Below the pieces are notes generated by a model. The model had not been told where the DNA came from and did not search any database. It saw only the letters and a list, made by a program, of their open reading frames with translations. Positions 51,501 through 53,711 of a stretch of 53,711 nt of DNA are shown here, in pieces. Each line of letters starts with the position of its first letter. Positions within the stretch are counted from its first letter, which is position 1. The position numbers were made by a program, and so were the translations under genes. The stretch is taken from positions 27,111,341 to 27,165,051 of the forward strand of contig CM119264.1 of assembly GCA_051294375.1 (NCBI GenBank). The letters are read 5' to 3'. This DNA is from Paraspadella gotoi. Its lineage: Eukaryota > Animalia > Chaetognatha.

Positions 51501-52372
51501 GGAGATTAAAAAAAAAAAAAGAAGGGTTTGTCGGAGATTACAGTCTACTATGATTTTATAATGTTTTTTATTGTTATTTTTTATTATTTATCGTTGATAA
51601 AATATTATCGATGTGCTTCTTTGATTCTGAGATGGTTAAGAACCCCAGTTAGTTAAGATGGCTTTTGGCTATTGGCTCAGTTGCTAAGAGTGGCACTGCA
51701 GATAGATCGATATAGATTTTCTGCCGACCGCTGGAAAAAAAATTCCAGGGACTTGGTCCTCGCGTGCGGCTCCGATTCCAGGCTCACAATGTTTGTTCAA
51801 TTTCGTGTGAGACTCGCGGAGAATCGATCACCGATGGATCACGAAATGTCACAAGAAAATTGGATGTGAACAAAGGGTACGTCGACGTTAAATGAGGAAA
51901 TGTAACGAAATCGCATATTTATATTATGTTTGTTTAACTCGTTTAACAAGTCCTATTCTTTCTCTCTTTCTCTCTTTCTCTCTTTCTCTCTTTCTCTCTC
52001 TCTCTCTCCCCATTGTACTTGAGTCTCTTTTTCCTCGGACTTTCCCTTCGTGACTTCTCGAAAACAACAACAACAACATCGACGAATTTAGTCGATAATC
52101 TTAAGACTCAAGACTGAAGAGAATCGACCGACGGTTTTCTTGCTTCATTCTTCCGCTGTTACAGTTTCCTCATTTCATCTCTATCTCACTCTCTCTCGCT
52201 CCCTCTCTCTTAACATCTTCGAGAACTCCCCGTGTTTCGTCTCTCAACCGTTTTCAAACTTTTCCCGACGGACGGCCAATTTCGGCGACATTTTCCCGCC
52301 TTTTTCTGCCCGCCACATTAGCCCGCCGTTTTCCCGCCAAAGCCTTCGCCCTGACGCCATCAACCGTCAATC

Positions 52373-52879
52373 ATGAGCGACGCGGGATCTCGACGCGACA
52401 CGATGTGCGTCCTTGAAGACGAAGTGGACCAATTGAAGAGGGAGTTGGTCATCGAGCGAATGGAGATGTCCGAAGCTTGCAAGGAGCTTGTCAAGTAAGT
52501 CTAGGGATGGAAGGTGTGAAAAGCTTGCAAGGAGCTTGTCAAGTAAGTCTAGGGAAAGAAGTTGTGAAAAGCTTGCAAGGAGCCTGTCAAATGAGTCGTG
52601 GGAGGGAGATGTCAGGAACTTAAGTCTATTAAGTGATAAGAATATTAAAAGCTTCCAAGTAGCTTGTCCAACTACATCTGTGGGGGAAACCTGATTCGTT
52701 GATTCATGGGCTTGTTAAATTCAGGTTTGCTATTTTATAAATATTTTAGTTTCTTATTTATTGTTCTCTTTTGCTTTAGATTCATGGAGGATACAAAACC
52801 GGAGGACGTCTTGGTCGTCGGTTTCTCCGCTGAAGTAAAAAATCCTTACGATGAATCGAAAAAATGCGTTTTGTCCTAA
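52373..52879 (+). CDS. Heterotrimeric G-protein gamma subunit, 73 aa
   Basis: Exons 52373-52494 and 52780-52879: MSDAGSRRDTMCVLEDEVDQLKRELVIERMEMSEACKELVK|FMEDTKPEDVLVVGFSAEVKNPYDESKKCVLS*. GGL pattern (V.QLK.E...ER...S.A...L, D.L, NPY) with C-terminal CaaX. Confidence 0.92.
52473..52597. repeat. 48-bp tandem repeat (x2.6) spanning the G-gamma exon 1 donor
   Basis: AAGCTTGCAAGGAGCTTGTCAAGTAAGTCTAGGG unit starts at 52473, 52521 and 52569. Confidence 0.9.
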
Positions 52880-53029
52880 TGAGAAATTGTGAACAGTTGT
52901 GGACGATCGGTAGGACAGGAAGACAGGAGGACATCACAACAGCAGCGTTTAATCAATCGTCTCGCTATTTCTTGACCTTGACCGTATTCTTTTGTTAGGC
53001 GCCTCAATCTATGTCAATGGGGTGGGTCG

Positions 53030-53260
53030 GAAATTTGATTTAAGAACCTTCCCAAATAAAAATTCAGAAATTTCTGAGAAAACTTTCAAAGTCCCAAAAT
53101 TTTCGAAAATGGCTCGAAGCACGAGTAATTAATTTTTTGNNNNNNNNNNGAAATTTGATTTAAGATCCTTCCCAAATAAAAATTCAGACATTTCTGAGAA
53201 AACTTTCAAAGTCCCAAAATTTTCAGAAAATGGCTCGAAGCACTAGTAATTAATTTTTTG
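53030..53260. repeat. ~110-bp direct repeat on both sides of an N gap (53140-53149); likely contig overlap
   Basis: gaaatttgatttaag...aattttttg occurs immediately before and after the gap. Confidence 0.85.
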
Positions 53261-53711
53261 ATATTTATTTATAGATAAGAAATGTAAAAAGAATTTGTAC
53301 TTTTAAAAGAAGATTCTGATAGCTTATAAAAGGTTTTTTACACAAAGTATAAATTTTTTTTAATATTTTGATAATAAAGATGTCAAAATTTAAAAAAACC
53401 TTAAAATTCATCATCATTATCATCATTAATTTTCGGTAATAAAACATTAAAATTTGAAAAAATATTGTAATTAAATTTTTCGTTTAACTTTTTGAGCTAT
53501 ATCAGAATCAATTAAAAAAAAATTTTGATATTTTATAGCTATAAGATAATTTTAATTAGCAAATTACTCATGGTTCGTAACATTTTTTCAAAAAAATATT
53601 TTAACACAATAACTAATACCAAAAATGTTCCCATTGAAATTTAAATTTGGTCGGCTAGCCCTGCTTTTGTTCCTCTTCCTCCTCATTCTTTTCCTCCTCT
53701 TCCCTTCTTTC

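Noticed and set aside
53030-53260. LTR pair or real direct repeat
   Set aside because: The copies abut an N gap on both sides, typical of unmerged contig ends.

Overview
This is eukaryotic (invertebrate animal) genomic DNA, not prokaryotic: GT-AG introns, AT-rich introns with (GA)n/(CT)n microsatellites, GC-rich exons and two N gaps. I cannot name the species. Splicing exons by hand gives the following. (1) The 3' part of an ADAR1-type RNA-editing gene (+, 252-28094): at least two Z-alpha domains, one visible dsRBD and a complete deaminase domain. It carries three frame-preserving candidate cassette exons and a ~4.6 kb tandem duplication that is probably an assembly artefact. (2) A 3-exon FMRFamide-receptor-like GPCR nested on the same strand in an ADAR1 intron. 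(3) A compact cluster of cilia genes: calaxin/EFCAB1 (-) head-to-head with SPAG1 (+) around an RFX X-box, then CFAP119 and a C19orf44/DUF4614-like gene. (4) tRNA-Gln(CTG) and tRNA-Glu(TTC) inside an intron of the DUF4614 gene. (5) A G-protein gamma subunit. The most intriguing, but speculative, signal is at the ADAR1 stop codon. It is a UAG at the exact end of an exon, in frame with a further 292-codon open exon, and a downstream 14-nt complement places a C opposite its A. This could be an A-to-I self-recoding (amber-to-Trp) readthrough switch. Gene identities come from remembered family motifs, not from database searches.
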